NCBI GenBank assembly: GCA_040954595.2
Contig: CM082592.2
Span: 10,669,917 to 10,733,916 of the forward strand
From: Balanoglossus misakiensis
Taxonomy: Eukaryota > Animalia > Hemichordata
Reading direction: 5' to 3'
DNA length: 64,000 nt
Shown here: positions 11,701 through 26,700 of the stretch, piece by piece
Layout of the letters: the number at the start of each line of letters is the position of its first letter
Position numbering within the stretch: the stretch's first letter is position 1
The notes under the pieces: model-generated
Database searches by the model: none
What the model saw: only the letters and a program-made list of their open reading frames with translations
What the model was told of the DNA's origin: nothing
Program-made: the position numbers and the translations under genes

Positions 11701-14700
11701 ACAAATCGTCTTTAGTTTATCCCAGGTAAATGTCTAGTGCTGTATTACATGACTGTTGTCTCACAGAAGCAGTTGTACATGTTCTGACCCTGAGGTGAAT
11801 GCACAGAGTTCCGGTTGAAATGACACCATTATTTCTTCTGACAGAATGAAGTCACACAGCATTTAGTGAGAAAATATCAGGGTTAATACACCAGACAGAA
11901 GTCCTAGAATCACTTCTGGAAAATCCACGAAATGTGGAATGAATTCCTGGAAATCTAGCCACCTACAAGGAAAAAACGGGGAAATTGATACGGCCATGTG
12001 AGCTTTCAATATTCATGCTTTTCATGCAGAGGCTGTAACTTGTATTAAAATAAACCTTCTGGCTATGTCATCTGCATTTAAAAAAACACTAATAAAGCAT
12101 GTATTGATGGAAAATCTTCAAAAGAGTAAATGTCCGTGCCAGGGCTGCGTTTTGGAAATTATAAGCAGCCGTGTTCTAGAGAACAGAGTTTTGATCTATA
12201 GCCTCAAGCAGTAATCATTATCCGCAGCTCTGTGAGAAGAAAGGCCGTGTGTAGGTTCATTCAAAATGATTGGATGAAACGTCAGTCGAACAGCATACAT
12301 GCATATGCAGTTTTTCATCAATAGCATAGCAATGACACATATAGTACACAGCATTATTTTCAAAAGTTCAGATATAGATACATTTCATAACTAGATCTTG
12401 ATGCATGTAAATAAAATAAGACGTCTAGAGAATAGTATTGTGTTTCATTGATTGACTTCAACTTGCACATTAATATATAAAGTCTTATACAGTGTGATAT
12501 GTGAACATTTTTTATGAAGTGTTACATCGTTCAGTGTGCTGAATATTTAGTCTTTGTGGAAGTAAGACTTAGAGGGATGCTTATAATAGTATAAACTGGG
12601 TTCTCTTCCATACCCCATCAATTTTTCTTTCTCCATCAACAGGAGATCCATACTGGGGACTACCACAGAGAGCATCATCCCCACCAAGGGTATCCTAGCA
12701 ACGCTGTTGCACAGCAACAGCAATATAGGAGACGGCCATCCTTGCTGTCAGAATTTCACGGACATGCACCTCCTGATAGAGAAAGGTAAATAACAAAAAA
12801 TAAGAATGAATCTTTTTAATCCAAGACACACATCATCCAGTCTGCACCAGCTTGGCTAGCTCGGCCTGGGTACAGTCTCCCAAGCCAACATTTTTAGGGC
12901 AGTCCCTCTGCCTGAAATAAAGGTACCCTGGCTAGCGAAGAAGCATTGATGCTTTATGAAATGTCAGCAGCTATCTTGTTGTGATTCAGCGTGGGAGGTT
13001 TCCGCTGGTACCGGAAGTTTCTGATCCATGTAGAATGGAAATGTCAAACTTAATGTTACATTTACGTAGTTTAATTAGTCCATATGCTGAGTCTGTATAT
13101 TTTTGAGAAGAAAGAATCCCTTCAGATATACATTCTGGCATTCTTAAAGCAGCCTGCCTGCAGACAGTTTGCCTTATACCATTTCAATGATGGGATGTCC
13201 TTGTCCTTTGGCAGACATAAAAGTAGGCCATGTGTTTATCAGATACCCGTATAATGTGTCACTTGTCATCTCTTGGGATGTAATACCAGGAAATCTTTCT
13301 TAGCTTGGCGTCATCATGGAGCCATATAAGACACGCTAGTCCTTGGCTGGAGGTTTTCGTCTATAGTTTCAAAATTGAAAATACCAGGCTATTTTGCAAC
13401 CAGGATTTCTTTAAAGGGAAAGTTATTCATTGAGTTTATAAGTCGCTGAGTTCTTGCAATACAAGCAATCATCGTGTTGTATCTTGTGTTTAATTTTGCA
13501 GAGCTCCAGAGCAATACAGGCATCACATGACCTTACCTACCCACTCAGAGGAGGCCATTGCTGCCAAGAGGCCCCGATTGGCTAATGAAAATGAGGCTGA
13601 AGCAAAACTTCCAATGAGAATGATTCCCCCACCCAGGATGACACCAATGCAACCAGAAGCCAGGAGGGTACGTTTTATGAATACAGATATTTCGTCAAAT
13701 TATGTATTACCTGCTTATCGTACATTGTAACAAGGGAAATCATTTATTTTTTGCTATGATATATCCTGCAGGAACCACCTTTCATGCCTAAAGTGGAAGC
13801 AATTTCACCCACTCCATGCGAGCAGGAATCACCATCCAAACTCTCCAAGGAAGATCTGCTACAATCCATGGATAAAGTGGACAGAGAGATATCCAAAGTG
13901 GAATCTCAAATCAATAAATTGAAAAAGAAACAGGTTAGAAAATAATTCTCACATTGAAGGATTAGAGTTTGGGTGTTTGATACAGATAACAAAAAGTGTT
14001 AGCTCTCTTTATGTAACTCCTTTCTGTATGTTGAATGACAGCAAGAGTTAGAAGAAAGAGCTGCCAGACCTCCAGAGCCAGAGAAATCTCCATCGCCAGA
14101 ACCGATTGCCATAGAAACGAAACATCAGAGTGTTGTGCAGATCATTTATGCTGAAAACAGGGTATGTCAAGAAATTCCAGTTTTGCACCGAATCTTTTGC
14201 TTTAATATGATGTTTGGGGTTGGTGTAGCCTTGATTGGAGAATAATAGTTACTGGTTTTTCGTTCTCAGAGAAAGGCTGAGGAAGCCCACAACATGCTTG
14301 CCCACCTGGGACCGAAGATAGAATTTGTAAGTACGGTACATTTTTGTCCACAAAAGTCACATTTTGACACTATTTTGATATCATTTGTGAGTTGTATAAA
14401 TTAAATTTGATCTCTGTTTCATTATTTTCACAGCCCATGTACAACCAACCCTCCGACAGTGAACAGTATCAAGAAAACATCAAAACGTAAGTCATCAATC
14501 AGTAAAATTGTCCAGAAAGAACACAGACTTAAAATCCAGAAGAGACGTGACATGTTCTCAAATTTAGGACAAGAAATGCTGAAGGGTTTATGCTGTATCT
14601 GTTTTTCATGAGTTCTAACCTAAAGGTGTTTGAGATTTTTTTTTACAAAACAGACCTCATTTTCTTCTCTACAAATGTCATGATACTTACATGTAGTTAA

Positions 14701-17700
14701 AGCCACCCACACGCAATTCTCGCAAATTACTTGTCAACTCAAATGTATCGGCAATCTTTTCATCGACAATTTCGACTGACATTATTACGTGGGCATTAAA
14801 TTTTCAATTTCCTCACCGGGCAATAAATGAGGTCTAGTGACTTGATGCGGTGTTGTATTTCTGTTTTGTTTCAGGAACATGGAAATGAGGAAAAAGTTAA
14901 TCTTGTATTTCAAGCGGAGAAATCATGCCAGAAAATTGAGGGTAAGGGAAGCCATGTATAACTGTCCTTGGGTGACTTCGGTCTACTTTTCAATTATCTA
15001 GAAGCCATGTAGTTCACAGTGAGTGATACGACACCCAGAGTTGTTTTTTTGTGCAAAGCATACAGGCAAATCAGCAGTTTCCATTTACTTTTTTTCTACT
15101 GCTTAAATTCCAAAGACAAATATGAGAAGAATAAAACCCTTTTATTACAGGAACGGTACTTATGTGAGCGTTATGATCAGTTGTATGAAGCCTGGGAAAA
15201 GAGAATGGAAAGGATTGAAAACAGCGCGAAAAGGAGGTTAGTAGACAGGAAATTGATGCTCCATCATTAATTATGTGTAAGTGCAAGTAGACCCATTGTT
15301 GTAACATGTCCTCTATTCCTGCATTAGAGCCAAAGATGCCCGAGTTAGGGAGTTCTACGAGAAGCAGTTCCCGGAAATCAGAAAGCAGAGAGAACAGCAG
15401 GATAGGTTTACCAGGTATGAGAAAAAAAAATGTGATCAAGTGAGGCCTTGGGTTCGCGAGAGAACACCTCGTGCTACAAGTCTGTCAATCTCCGCTTTGA
15501 GATGATTGATAGCTGTGTTTTTGGAAATTGCACAGACTGTTTATGTAAGCAGAAAGCTTCTAATCTCTGCACATATTTCACTGGTAATTTGCCCTCAATC
15601 TGTATTTTGCCATGCACAGATGGCATGACAGTGGTTTCACCTCACAGTTTTATCGGTGAGGCGGGGGCCACGAGGCATCAGTATGAACAGCCCTCCCTCC
15701 ACCATTTTAAGTTTGAAATCTATTGTTTTCAATGCTGTGGCACCATCATTGTCACAGACTTTGTATTACTTTTGGCCAAATTTAACTTGTTGATTGGCTT
15801 CTGTGTATAAAGCAGAGCTGGTGGCCGTAGTAACTGGGGAAACATCGCTCGCAGTGATGCAGAGTTGGCGGAAATCGTTGATGGACTCAGCGAACAAGAG
15901 GCACATGAGCGTCACATACGGACACTGGCCGTGGTGCCACCCATGCTGTATGACACAGAACAGAAGAGAATCAAGTTTATCAACAGGAATGGTAATTGTT
16001 CAATTGGAGCATTATATACTTTGGCTGAACTTTTCAAAAGGGTGAATAAAGACAACAGTGTTGTCTGGATGGGTGGATGGGTAGAATTCTGTGGTTCATC
16101 TGTAGAAGTCTGCAGATTCAAATCTGTGTAATGAGAGGATTGTATAATCTTCTAAGTCTCCACGAGTGACATTACAGGAATTCACATTTGATGTGACCGT
16201 AGTTTTATCACCTAGCTAGGGACTGGTTTCTATCAAGAGTTTATCCAGAGTTCATCAATGTTGGCAGTCTAGTTTCAACCCTGTGGCAGACACTCACACT
16301 TTCGGTTTGTGATAGTCATGGGTATCTCCCAGAGACAACAAATGCCAAACAACTTTATTTCGTCAGATTGTAAATGTACAAATCTGTAAAACACTGCCCT
16401 CTGTTCGCTAAGCTGTGAAAACCTTTTGTTTCTGTACTGGCTATGCCTGACCATAAACAGTTACCTGGCACTGCTGTTTATTGCAGGTCTTATTGAAGAT
16501 CCCATGAAAGACTATAAAGATAGACAACACTTGAATCTGTGGACAGAATCCGAGAAGATGGTTTTCAAGGATAAATACATTCAGTATCCTAAAAACTTTC
16601 AGATGATTGCCTCATTCTTGGAGAGAAAGGTACGTTCTTCTGAAGTTGAACAGGCTTGGCATTTGTTAAATCCATCGCATTGCAGGTTGATTGTGTTTCT
16701 TGTACATTGAACTGATATAATTCTTTCCATCCAACTATCTTCTACTCTACAGAGCATCTCCGACTGCGTTCTGTTCTATTACACCACTAAGAAGAATGAG
16801 AATTACAAGCAATTGTCCAGGAAGGCCACGGTGAAGAAAGGAGGAAGATTTCGTGGAAAAGGAATCCGTTCTGTGGAGGATGATGACAAGGATGATGATC
16901 AGTAAGACATTTGAACATTTTAATTTTAGTTTCAACTTTTATGCACAGTCAAGCTTGTTTATGCACAATGAAACCAATCGTTCAGTTTATGTTGAGTTAC
17001 ACTAGCAACACACTGACGTTTTTTTCCTTTCCATTACGATTTTCAGGGATCGAAATGATGATGATATGAACAACATGAACCACAGTAATGACATAGATGT
17101 TGGATTGATGCCAGACAGTAAGTTATTGTTATTGTTGGACTCTAGAATCTGCCCTGGAATACTTGTATTATATACCTTTTCTGTGTATAGCAAAGATTTT
17201 TTCTTGAGGCACTTACTGCATTAAAACCAATTATTTCAAATATAGATGTCTATTCACTGAGCATTTGTTTTCCTTGATGTGCAGCTACAACGTGTTCCCT
17301 GTGCAAGAATCCGCTGGATGCATATAGTCTGAGTCGACCAGTGAATAAGAGCAACTGTGACATGTTTGGAGTACGGGAGAGTGAAGTCACGCCCAATATG
17401 AGAGTTTGCAGCAGTTGTAGATGTCGCTCAATCAGGAGGAGATACGATCAGAAGTAAGTCACTCTCTATGTTTAATTTACTGTTATACCTCACTAACACG
17501 CAATTAAAATTTATGAAATTTGGAAAAGATTGTCAACTGATTATGTTAGTGTTTCTCTGACACACAGGTGTCCCCTGCCTACATGTAAGACTCCCAAACG
17601 TAAAGTTCGACGGTTGAAGCCACTGCCCAATAAGTGGTCTGAGATAGGGGACGATCAAAGAAAGGCAATTTCTGAAGAATTAGGTAAGGGCATGATGATT

Positions 17701-20700
17701 GATTTTTCAGAAATGATGATATCCATTGGGGTTTATGTGTCAATTTACAATAGCAATATTGATGTGTTGTTTTGTTTTGGTGTGGCTTGTATGTGGGTAT
17801 GAGTTGGCAGTTAGCCAGTTGTCCTGATAGCCTTGAACAGGAGAGATTGTACAGTGTGTGTGTGTCCTTGGATTGGAAGTGGTGTGTGTGGATATGTGTC
17901 TGTTACTCTGGCATCTGTGTGCATGTGTGTGTTCAAGAGTTTTAGAGGGGACAGGGGAAAGAGTATATTAACCAATTTCGGCATGCTTGCTGCAGAGACC
18001 TCAGTCTTGATGGAGTAAGACAGTATAGTTTTAAGAACACCATCATGGTACTTTTCCCTCCAAAGGTTTAACTGAAGACATCAACAAGTGTTGTGCAGCT
18101 TGTTTCAATCGGATTGCAAGAAGGCTTGGCAGCGAGACGGAACCGCTGAACTCACATGAAACTGAACATGGTAAGCAGGGTAAGATGTCTGGCTCGCTTT
18201 GCAAAAGCCTTTCCATATTACTATCCTGGTATTTGTGCAATTGTCTGTGACCTTTTGAAATAATTTGGCATATGAGCACTCAAAGTGTTAGCAACACACC
18301 TGCAAGACGGTATGCCATTTTAAGTGGCCTTATTGTCTACATACTCAAGGAGAAAGGAGGTCAATACGAGTCCTGCCAGTTTTCATTGCTTCCTGTGTTT
18401 GATATTAGTCAGACATAAATCTGGGACACACCTTCAAATGAATAAAGCCATTCATATCTTTTATTACAAGGCGTATGTATATTGTCTGTGTCTAACCATG
18501 TCTTGCAAAGGAAATCATTTAATGCTGTCATGTGTCGGCCAGAAAATATCATGCTTTGTGGACATGGGTTGGGGTAAAGGTTACTTTGATATACACATAT
18601 GGTCAGGAATGCTGTGTGGGTCAACTGATCTTTAACTGCTCTCTCGTGTTGTTTGCCGTAAATCATTATATACGTCTGCACCAGAAGTAGCCTAGTATCT
18701 GATGACCTATCTAGCTTAAGTGGCAGTGAAACCTTTCCACGAAATGAAATGTTTAGCTCAGCCTTTTACCAGTTCCCTATCTAGACAAATATCATTGAAA
18801 AAAATATTTCCGTTTGTAAGTGTTAAGAAACTAATGCGGCATTTTAAGGAATTATGGGACAGTTTATGTGAAATGACAACTTGAGTTTTAGTTTCGGTTA
18901 AATCCGTTGAGATATATTAAGATTTGCACACAACTCTAAAAATATCTGCGCACTAGCTGTCAGTGTATGTCGGTGAGTGACCTTAGTTTCCTTATGCTAA
19001 TGAGCTTGTTGAAAGGTTCGTTGACCCCATCAATAGCAGACTGGGTGCCATCTGAATGAAGTTACATAAAAACCCTGCGAGCACGCTCAAAAGAGGTCAT
19101 CGTGAGAATTAACACTGAACAGTGGCTATTAATAGATGAGGACTAAGCACAATGGCCATTATCCGAGTCTCTGAAGCCTGTCAAGTGACCGACAACACGG
19201 CAGTCCGAAAAAGACAATGTGTACATTTGGTTCTCTGAAGTCGTATAATGCCCAAGGTGAGAAGGAGAGGGAATAGAACAGATAGCAAGGTGTGCGGACA
19301 GAGGAAGTCAAGCTCTGCTCGGCAGGAAATTGGCTGCGATAACACCGCTGACAGGAGATTTCTCACTTCAGTTGTAGAGTCGTCCAGGTGGACGGAGGAT
19401 GAAATGGAGCGAGCCAAGCAGGGACTGAAGGACTTTGGCCGCGACTGGGCGGCTATCTCGCAGATGGTGGGCTCCAAAACCGATGCTCAGTGCAAGAATT
19501 TCTACTTCAACTACAAGCGGAAGTTCAACCTTGAAGCACTGGTGCAACAATACAAGAAGAGACGGGTAGGCAGATATAGATATCATTAATGTGTTTTGCA
19601 TGCAGCTGTGTGTTTGCCTTTCCTATCAGTTTCCTGATATGAGGTCAGTCTTTAATTCATGATTTTACATGTTTCACCTTGATTGCTTATTTTGGATGAT
19701 TATTGCTGTCCCGTGAGTTGCTTTTGTTGGTCTGTTTGTTTGAATAATGAGGAAGTCCTTGTAAACTTTTTGTTTAGGTTTGTTCACTGCTTTCAGTTTC
19801 TGTCGGAATATTTGCAAGTCCATGGAATGTGTTGCTATCTGTATGTATTGTCTGTCTGTCTGTGTGTGTGCATGTATATGTGTGAGAATTTACGCATATT
19901 TGGATGTAAACTAAATTCCTTGATGATTCAGCATGTGTCACTGTAACATTGTAGTCTATTCAAGTAAATATCAAATAATTATGAATTAGTCATGGGACAC
20001 TCATGTGAAATTAATTATGGCTCAAGTTCAATAGAAGCACCATATTTTTGATTTAAAGGAAACTTCAATTCAAACGAAAGGGTCAAAAAACCCAGACTTA
20101 CCAGGATTTTAATAAACACTTGTAAAATTGAAAATGAAAGGGTAGATGTATATACAGAAGAGCAGTCATGCATTTCTTGCGTAGGTGTATCTTATAGATA
20201 TTCTGTTAATTGCCTACAAAGATATGAATTATTCAAACCCAGTAATTAGGTTAAGTATCTACGGAAGTACTCTTAACAATAAATGACCCTCATCCTTGTT
20301 CATTGGAGTGGAACATTAAACACACCTCAGAAATGGAAATCTACATCTAGATCTAGAACCAATGTCGCTGTATTACTATTGAGAATGCTTTCTGTCTTAT
20401 CACAGATAACTCGTGGAAGTCGTCGAGACTCTGCAGCTGACAGCGTGGCATCGACCGTCACCGGGGCTTCTGAAGATGAAGAGGTGTCGTCCGTCTCCAG
20501 TGATGAAAACGACGCAGATAACGATGATAATGATGACGAGAGCTCCGGCACTGCCAGTGCTAGTGAGAACGAAAACGATGAAGCCTCAAGGGCCAGCAAG
20601 CCTGCTGCGACAACAACGACAACAACAACTGCTGCTTCTACAGCCGTGGTGTCATCATCAATGCCAGTCGCAGCGTCCTCGTCATCGCCGGTCTCAACGT

Positions 20701-23700
20701 CGTCTTCGACTCCAGTGACCGTCCCGACAAATACCACATCAACAACCCCGACAGTGGAGGTGACCCAAGCACAACCCAGCAGCGAGGGCACTTCAAAGGA
20801 CGACATGCCGACCCAATCAGAGGACACGACACCCGCACAGGAACCAGAACAAAAAGCAGAAGCCATGGAGATGGACCACGACAGCAGCGCCACCTGCAGT
20901 GCAGATGAAGAAACAATCCCAAGTGAGAGCCTAGCTGACAGCACCAAGAAAGACTCGGACACCAGAGATTCTTCAGACTCCAAATCCAAAGAAGATCCAA
21001 AGAGCAAAGAGAAGAATGGCAGCTCTCCATTCTCACAACAACAACAGCAGAAGTTTGGGGCCAGACCTGGTGCAATGCCCGACCTACTTGGAACAAATAC
21101 GAAAGGATTAAGTAACATCAGGGATCTAATCAACTCTGCCATTGACAGACATCTTGGTAAGTAGTCTCCCGAGTCTCTACTGTTATTTTTTTGTAATAAA
21201 GCTTATGTATGTCAAATATGATGTCCATTCTGTCTTGTTTTAAAGTGTTCAATAGTTTTAATGCTTGGTTGATTCCATTGTTGTCAGGTATGGAAAGCAA
21301 GTCCAATGATGAGAAAGATCCCAAAGAGAGAGTCTCTCCGATATCTGCTACAAGCACAACCGTACACACAGTGACCCCCACCATAATGAGAGCCACAAGT
21401 CCAGTGACCAGCGTATCCACCGACCGCAAAATGTTGATGCCCACCAAAGTGGAAGCAGAAGAAGCCAGGATGGATAAACCGGAGGATCTCAGCATGAGCG
21501 CGGAAAGCAAAGCGGCAATGGCACAGCAGCGAATGGAGACCACTGATGTCATTGCCAAACAGAGAGTGAGGTCGCGATCATCATCGCCGTACATCTCTCC
21601 ACACATCTCGCACACGTCTCAGCACTACGATCAAGAGCAGGCGTACTTTCAACGCTTCGTGCCACAGATCCAGAGGCACATGGTGCAGGCGCACATGCCC
21701 TACTACTATCCAGACAGCGTGTACAAAGAGATGATGGCACAAGAGATGATGCGTCAACAGCAAGAGCACGCAGAACGTGAACGTGCCTACATGACAACTC
21801 CACCCAACCAGGGACAAGGCATGGGGAAACCAGGCTTGCCGCCCAGAACCGGATCCCCCTACGCGCTCATTCCGGCTTCGGTCTCCGAGAGAGGTCTCGT
21901 GCAGCCACCAGCAAGACCATCCTCCAGAACCACCAAGCCGTCTAATGTACCGCCACCACCCCCTCTTGTGGCTAAAACGTCTCCCAAGCCCATGAAAGCA
22001 GATAAGCCTTCTCCGTTAGGAATGCCACCATCTGTCGGATCAATCACTCAAGGAACTCCTGTCAGCTATGTTCCCACTGCCACATCCCCATCCAGGTAAG
22101 ACTATTACACAAGACTGTTTTAACCCTTTCACCACCATGGTTTGATCCAAATCCATTATTTTCTATCCATGATGCAATGGTACCTAAATTAGAAGTTACT
22201 GTGCAAGATTAATTGGTTTCAGCTTCCTCTTAAGAGTCAGTCTGTCAAGCTGGTGTATATAATCCTTTCAAATGACTTTAAAATCCAAGGAGTAGATTCC
22301 CTGAAAGAACTCTTACAGGATCAGGTTTTCCTGGTAATCAGTTGAAGCTCAGGTGGTCCGTGCCGTACTGACAATTGAAGAGTAATTAGTACCGGTAGGG
22401 TGCTGATTGGCCTTGGCTGTAATAAGTCACATTGGGAATATGTGTGACATCTGCTTCCTTATTCTCGGAAGAAACTCTTTCATATTCAGATTTGTTTTCA
22501 AATACTTGAATGCTGGCTGGCAAAGTTTAACCAGAGAAGTGTAGATGTAAAACTGGATTTTGAGCAATTTATACTACAATACCAAGGACAGGTTTTTGAT
22601 TCAGCTAAATAACAAGTCACGTTCATTCTGATCAATGGTTCTTTTTTATGAAAAAAATGTCAACACAGATAACATTAGTAGCGACACATATGTGACCCAG
22701 TAGCTTTAGTTTATGTCATGAATTGTTTATTGCATCCACAGATATGAAGGTGGATCTATCTCGCGGGGAACACCTTACAGACAAGAAGGCTTGTTGATGA
22801 AGAGCCCACCACAAAGCTCTCCTCAAGAGAGTCCCATTGGATCTATCACGCGTGGAACACCAGTGTCGGTTTCAGAGCAGCCTGGCTCTATTACGAGGGG
22901 AACGCCGATGGTCCATGAACCAGGATCAATAACCAGAGGTAATGAATGTGTGATTTAGAGCAGAGAGAAATTGCATCAGATTGAACATATATAGGCAAAT
23001 AAATAAACGTACTCACTGGGTCCATTTGTATTTTCCCATGCTTTGCCTGAATGCATACATCAACTGTAATGAATAAAAAAGCAGAGTGATAGCATGAAGG
23101 TGGAATTTAACATTAACAAACCTGTGGTGTAATTGTATCACAGGAACACCTGTCTATGAGCCACAGAAGGGTTCACATGCTGCCTATGAAGGTCATTCTA
23201 TTCCACGGGGTAATGCTGGCAGATATGATCATCGGCCACCACACGAGGGCTCCATTACACGAGGAACGCCAGTGCCATACGAGCCCTCTGGAACTCCTGG
23301 ATCCATTACAAGAGGTATAGATGATTCTTGTATATAACAACCTAACACTGATCAACCACAAGGCAGCACTGCTGTTACAGATGACTATTTAGTTTTAGAC
23401 TATGTTTTTAAATAGTAAGGGTTTTATTTTATTCCCCACAGTGTGGGTTTGAGTCCAGACCTCAGCATTTTATTTTTTTTCATCGACAGGTACCCCAATA
23501 TCGCATGCAGAAGCAGGGTCCATCACACGTGGCACTCCAGTAGAGCATCATTCCATGTATGGCCATGGAGGTCATGGACCCGGTCAGCCCAGACGCAGCA
23601 TGTCACCCACTCAGCCAGCCTATGGAGCATGTGGTCCAACAATGGCACGGGGACAGTATGAGACTGGCGCTTACAGCAGTTCAAAAGAAACATTAGCAGG

Positions 23701-26700
23701 TAAGTAGGGAGTGAACAAGTTTGCAGTCTTTGCTTGGCAAATCTACTGAATAATTCTTTCTGTCTTTCATTCAAACTACAGTTCATAATATTGCAGTTGG
23801 AAAGGTAATTTTGGAGTGGTAAATCTATATTCATTTGACCCGTGCAGGTGACTTCATGATAGCTAAACAGATGAGCCAAACGCAGCGGTCTCCGTACCAA
23901 CCACCGACTCACAGCAGCAAAGATGCCAGGATGTCTCCTCGTGGGGAGAGTCATCCACATCCAGCCAAGAGATACTCACCGACACAATCCCATCTAGTTG
24001 AACCCACCAGTCATCCAAACCCGGCTTATGTGTACGGGCAGGTAAGTGTCAAATTGCACTGCTTTTGAAGTGTTGAATGAAACTTGCTCCAATTCGGAGT
24101 GGATCTGCTAACTTCTGTTGACTAAGACTGATGTCTCCTTTCACAGCCCGGGCCAGGTGTTATGTACTTACAACCGCAACAGCTGTATGTCCATCCTGGA
24201 TCTCACCAAGTATCGCCTCATGGACACCATGCAGTGAGTCCGCACACAGCAGGGGCACACCCCCACCAACACCCGGCTGCAGACGCACGCTTACAGAGGA
24301 CAGCATCCCCGTCGCAGCACAGAGAAAGTGCATCCCCTGCTGCAGCAGCAGGACCAGCCGCGGCCGAGTATGCCCAGCAGCACGGCATCCCCAGGTCTTG
24401 GTCGCAGCAGTCGGTGCATCCGAAGTTCAAGCAGCATCACGCTCGGGGTGCCAGCCCAGCAGGTGGCATACCCGTCAGTGTGGGTCCAGCTGGCAGTATA
24501 CAGCACGGCATACCAGGACGTCACCCAGTCCCCATGGGACCCCACTCTGTGACTGGTGCAATGGTGTCTGTGGCGTCTGCAGTGACAGCCCCAGCAATGG
24601 TGGCTCATCCGCAAGGACCCAGTATCATGGCTGGCACTGGGAGACCCACACCAACATCGTCTGCTGGATCTCATCCGCATTATCAGCTACATCCACATCA
24701 GCAGCATATCCCACATAGGTACTCGCCAACCAGCAACACAGGTTAGTCCGACTGACATTGAAATCTACCATTCTGTTCTCATGGCAGTGAAAGGATTAAA
24801 GACATTGCTGACTTTTGCAGTCGTGAGTGTAACTGTTGTCGATGTGTTCCATTTGCATTTATCAGGAAGCAGAGCTGGATCCAGTGGCAGACCTGAGACC
24901 ATGGCAAACGGAAGCGATGCATTCAACGTTCTTGTCAATGCTGCAGCCTCGGCCGCCACATTAGAAATACCCAAACAAAGAGGCGAGAGACGTCAGAGTT
25001 CTCCAAGTATGCAACAAGGTACTCATGCTTTCCTACAATGTTAGGATCTTTCTTTTTGCTGTTCTACTCAGTCACACGCAAACGTTGAATAAAACCACAA
25101 TTCTATTAAGTAATGAGGCAAAGAGTCAATGCTACATTTTTCTTTCAACATGGTGAACTATTTTGTCTCCACAGTGCATTCGCCTAGGTCATTGATTCAC
25201 GAGCAGGCCAAACCACAGGACCTAAGTAGCCATGGCGGAATGGCCTTCCCGAGCGCCATGAGACAACAGATGGAATGGGAAGCCCACTACCGGAAAGACA
25301 CGGAGAGGAGACTCTCCGAAGCCGGAAGAGAGCGGAAAGAAATGCCCAGACCGGCACCACCACCACCAAGGCAACAGGAAATGGTGCAGGAGAGGCCTGC
25401 CAAAGAACCCACAAGCAGTGGCAGAGCAAACCAAGAAGCCATGCACAGAGAAGCATCAGCAATATTTGCTGCGCTGTTCGAGAAGGATAAACCAAGTGAA
25501 GGGAACAGTGAGCCTGAAAAGAAAACCAACAAGACCGCATTAACGGCCGCCAACTTGATCGATGTGATCATCACACGATCTATCAATCAACCTACAGTAG
25601 AATCGACGGGACAGTCAGATGAAGACATTGACAGACAGAACAGCGTCATCAGAATCGAGTCAGACCCCATGCAGAAAGAAGCAACTGCAGCAGGCAGTGC
25701 CATGCCAAGACCGGTTGCGTCCAGCTCGGAAGAACCCGAACGCAAGAAATTCAAAGAAGCCCATAAACTGGCACCGGAAGAAAAGAAAGCTGGTATTGAT
25801 GGAAAGAAAACTCCGGAACCCAGGATGGCGCATAAGAAGGATAAGGTGAAGTGGCCGATCACTCTAGGCGAGCATATAGATTCGATCATTTCACAGGACT
25901 ATGGAAGAAATGTTGGATCACCAACCTCATCTGCAACCATGTCTAGACCAGACACTCCTGATTTACCAGAGCGTTCCCTAACCCCCAGCAGTTCACATAC
26001 AGGAGTTGGTGAACGAAGTCCTCGGATATCCTCCCCTGCCCGTCATCACCTCTCCAGCTCCGAGCAGGCATCCACCACAAGCACAGCTGCTAGTCCCCGA
26101 GCTGCAATCAACAACTCTCCTACAGGTTCCATCCCGTCATCAGCAATGGGCAAACACAGGAGCATGTCACCGGAGACCAGTTCTTCGAGCGGGGCTCCCG
26201 GAATGGTTTCATCGGTGACCCAGCCGAGGTCGCTTGGCGTGAGGGAATTACTGGAGGCTGGTAAGATGGGGAACATAAACAGACCCGATGTCCATTCCAT
26301 GCCAAGTATGCTTAATATTGACATTGAGCCGATCTCACCTCCTGCGCCAGACAGCAACACGAGCGAAGCGGCAGCAACTCTTGCATCTTCAACAGAGCCA
26401 GGCAGAGGCCAGTCTTTCACAGCTGAGGCATCCTCCAAGCCTCAGAGCACTATGCCCATGTTGATCTCCAAGAAACAGCTGGCCATGAGGGATGCAAACC
26501 GGCGCAGCAAGGCCGCAGCGGCAGACACAACGCACGGCAGTCCAATGACAGTTCAGATGCCGGACGCAGGGCTTCACTCAGAGCTGGGTCAAGCACCAGA
26601 TCAGCGTCTCGATGGCAGGAAAGCCAGAACAAGCCCTGAAGTGAGCAACAGCAGTAGGGTGACTGCATCCCTGACATCAGGGAGGCACCAGTCTCCATCC

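Noticed and set aside
12851-12940. Imperfect inverted repeat (GCTAGC...GGGTAC / GTACCC...GCTAGC) in an NCoR intron
   Set aside because: Possibly a decayed MITE, but the arms are short and interrupted and no target duplication is evident.
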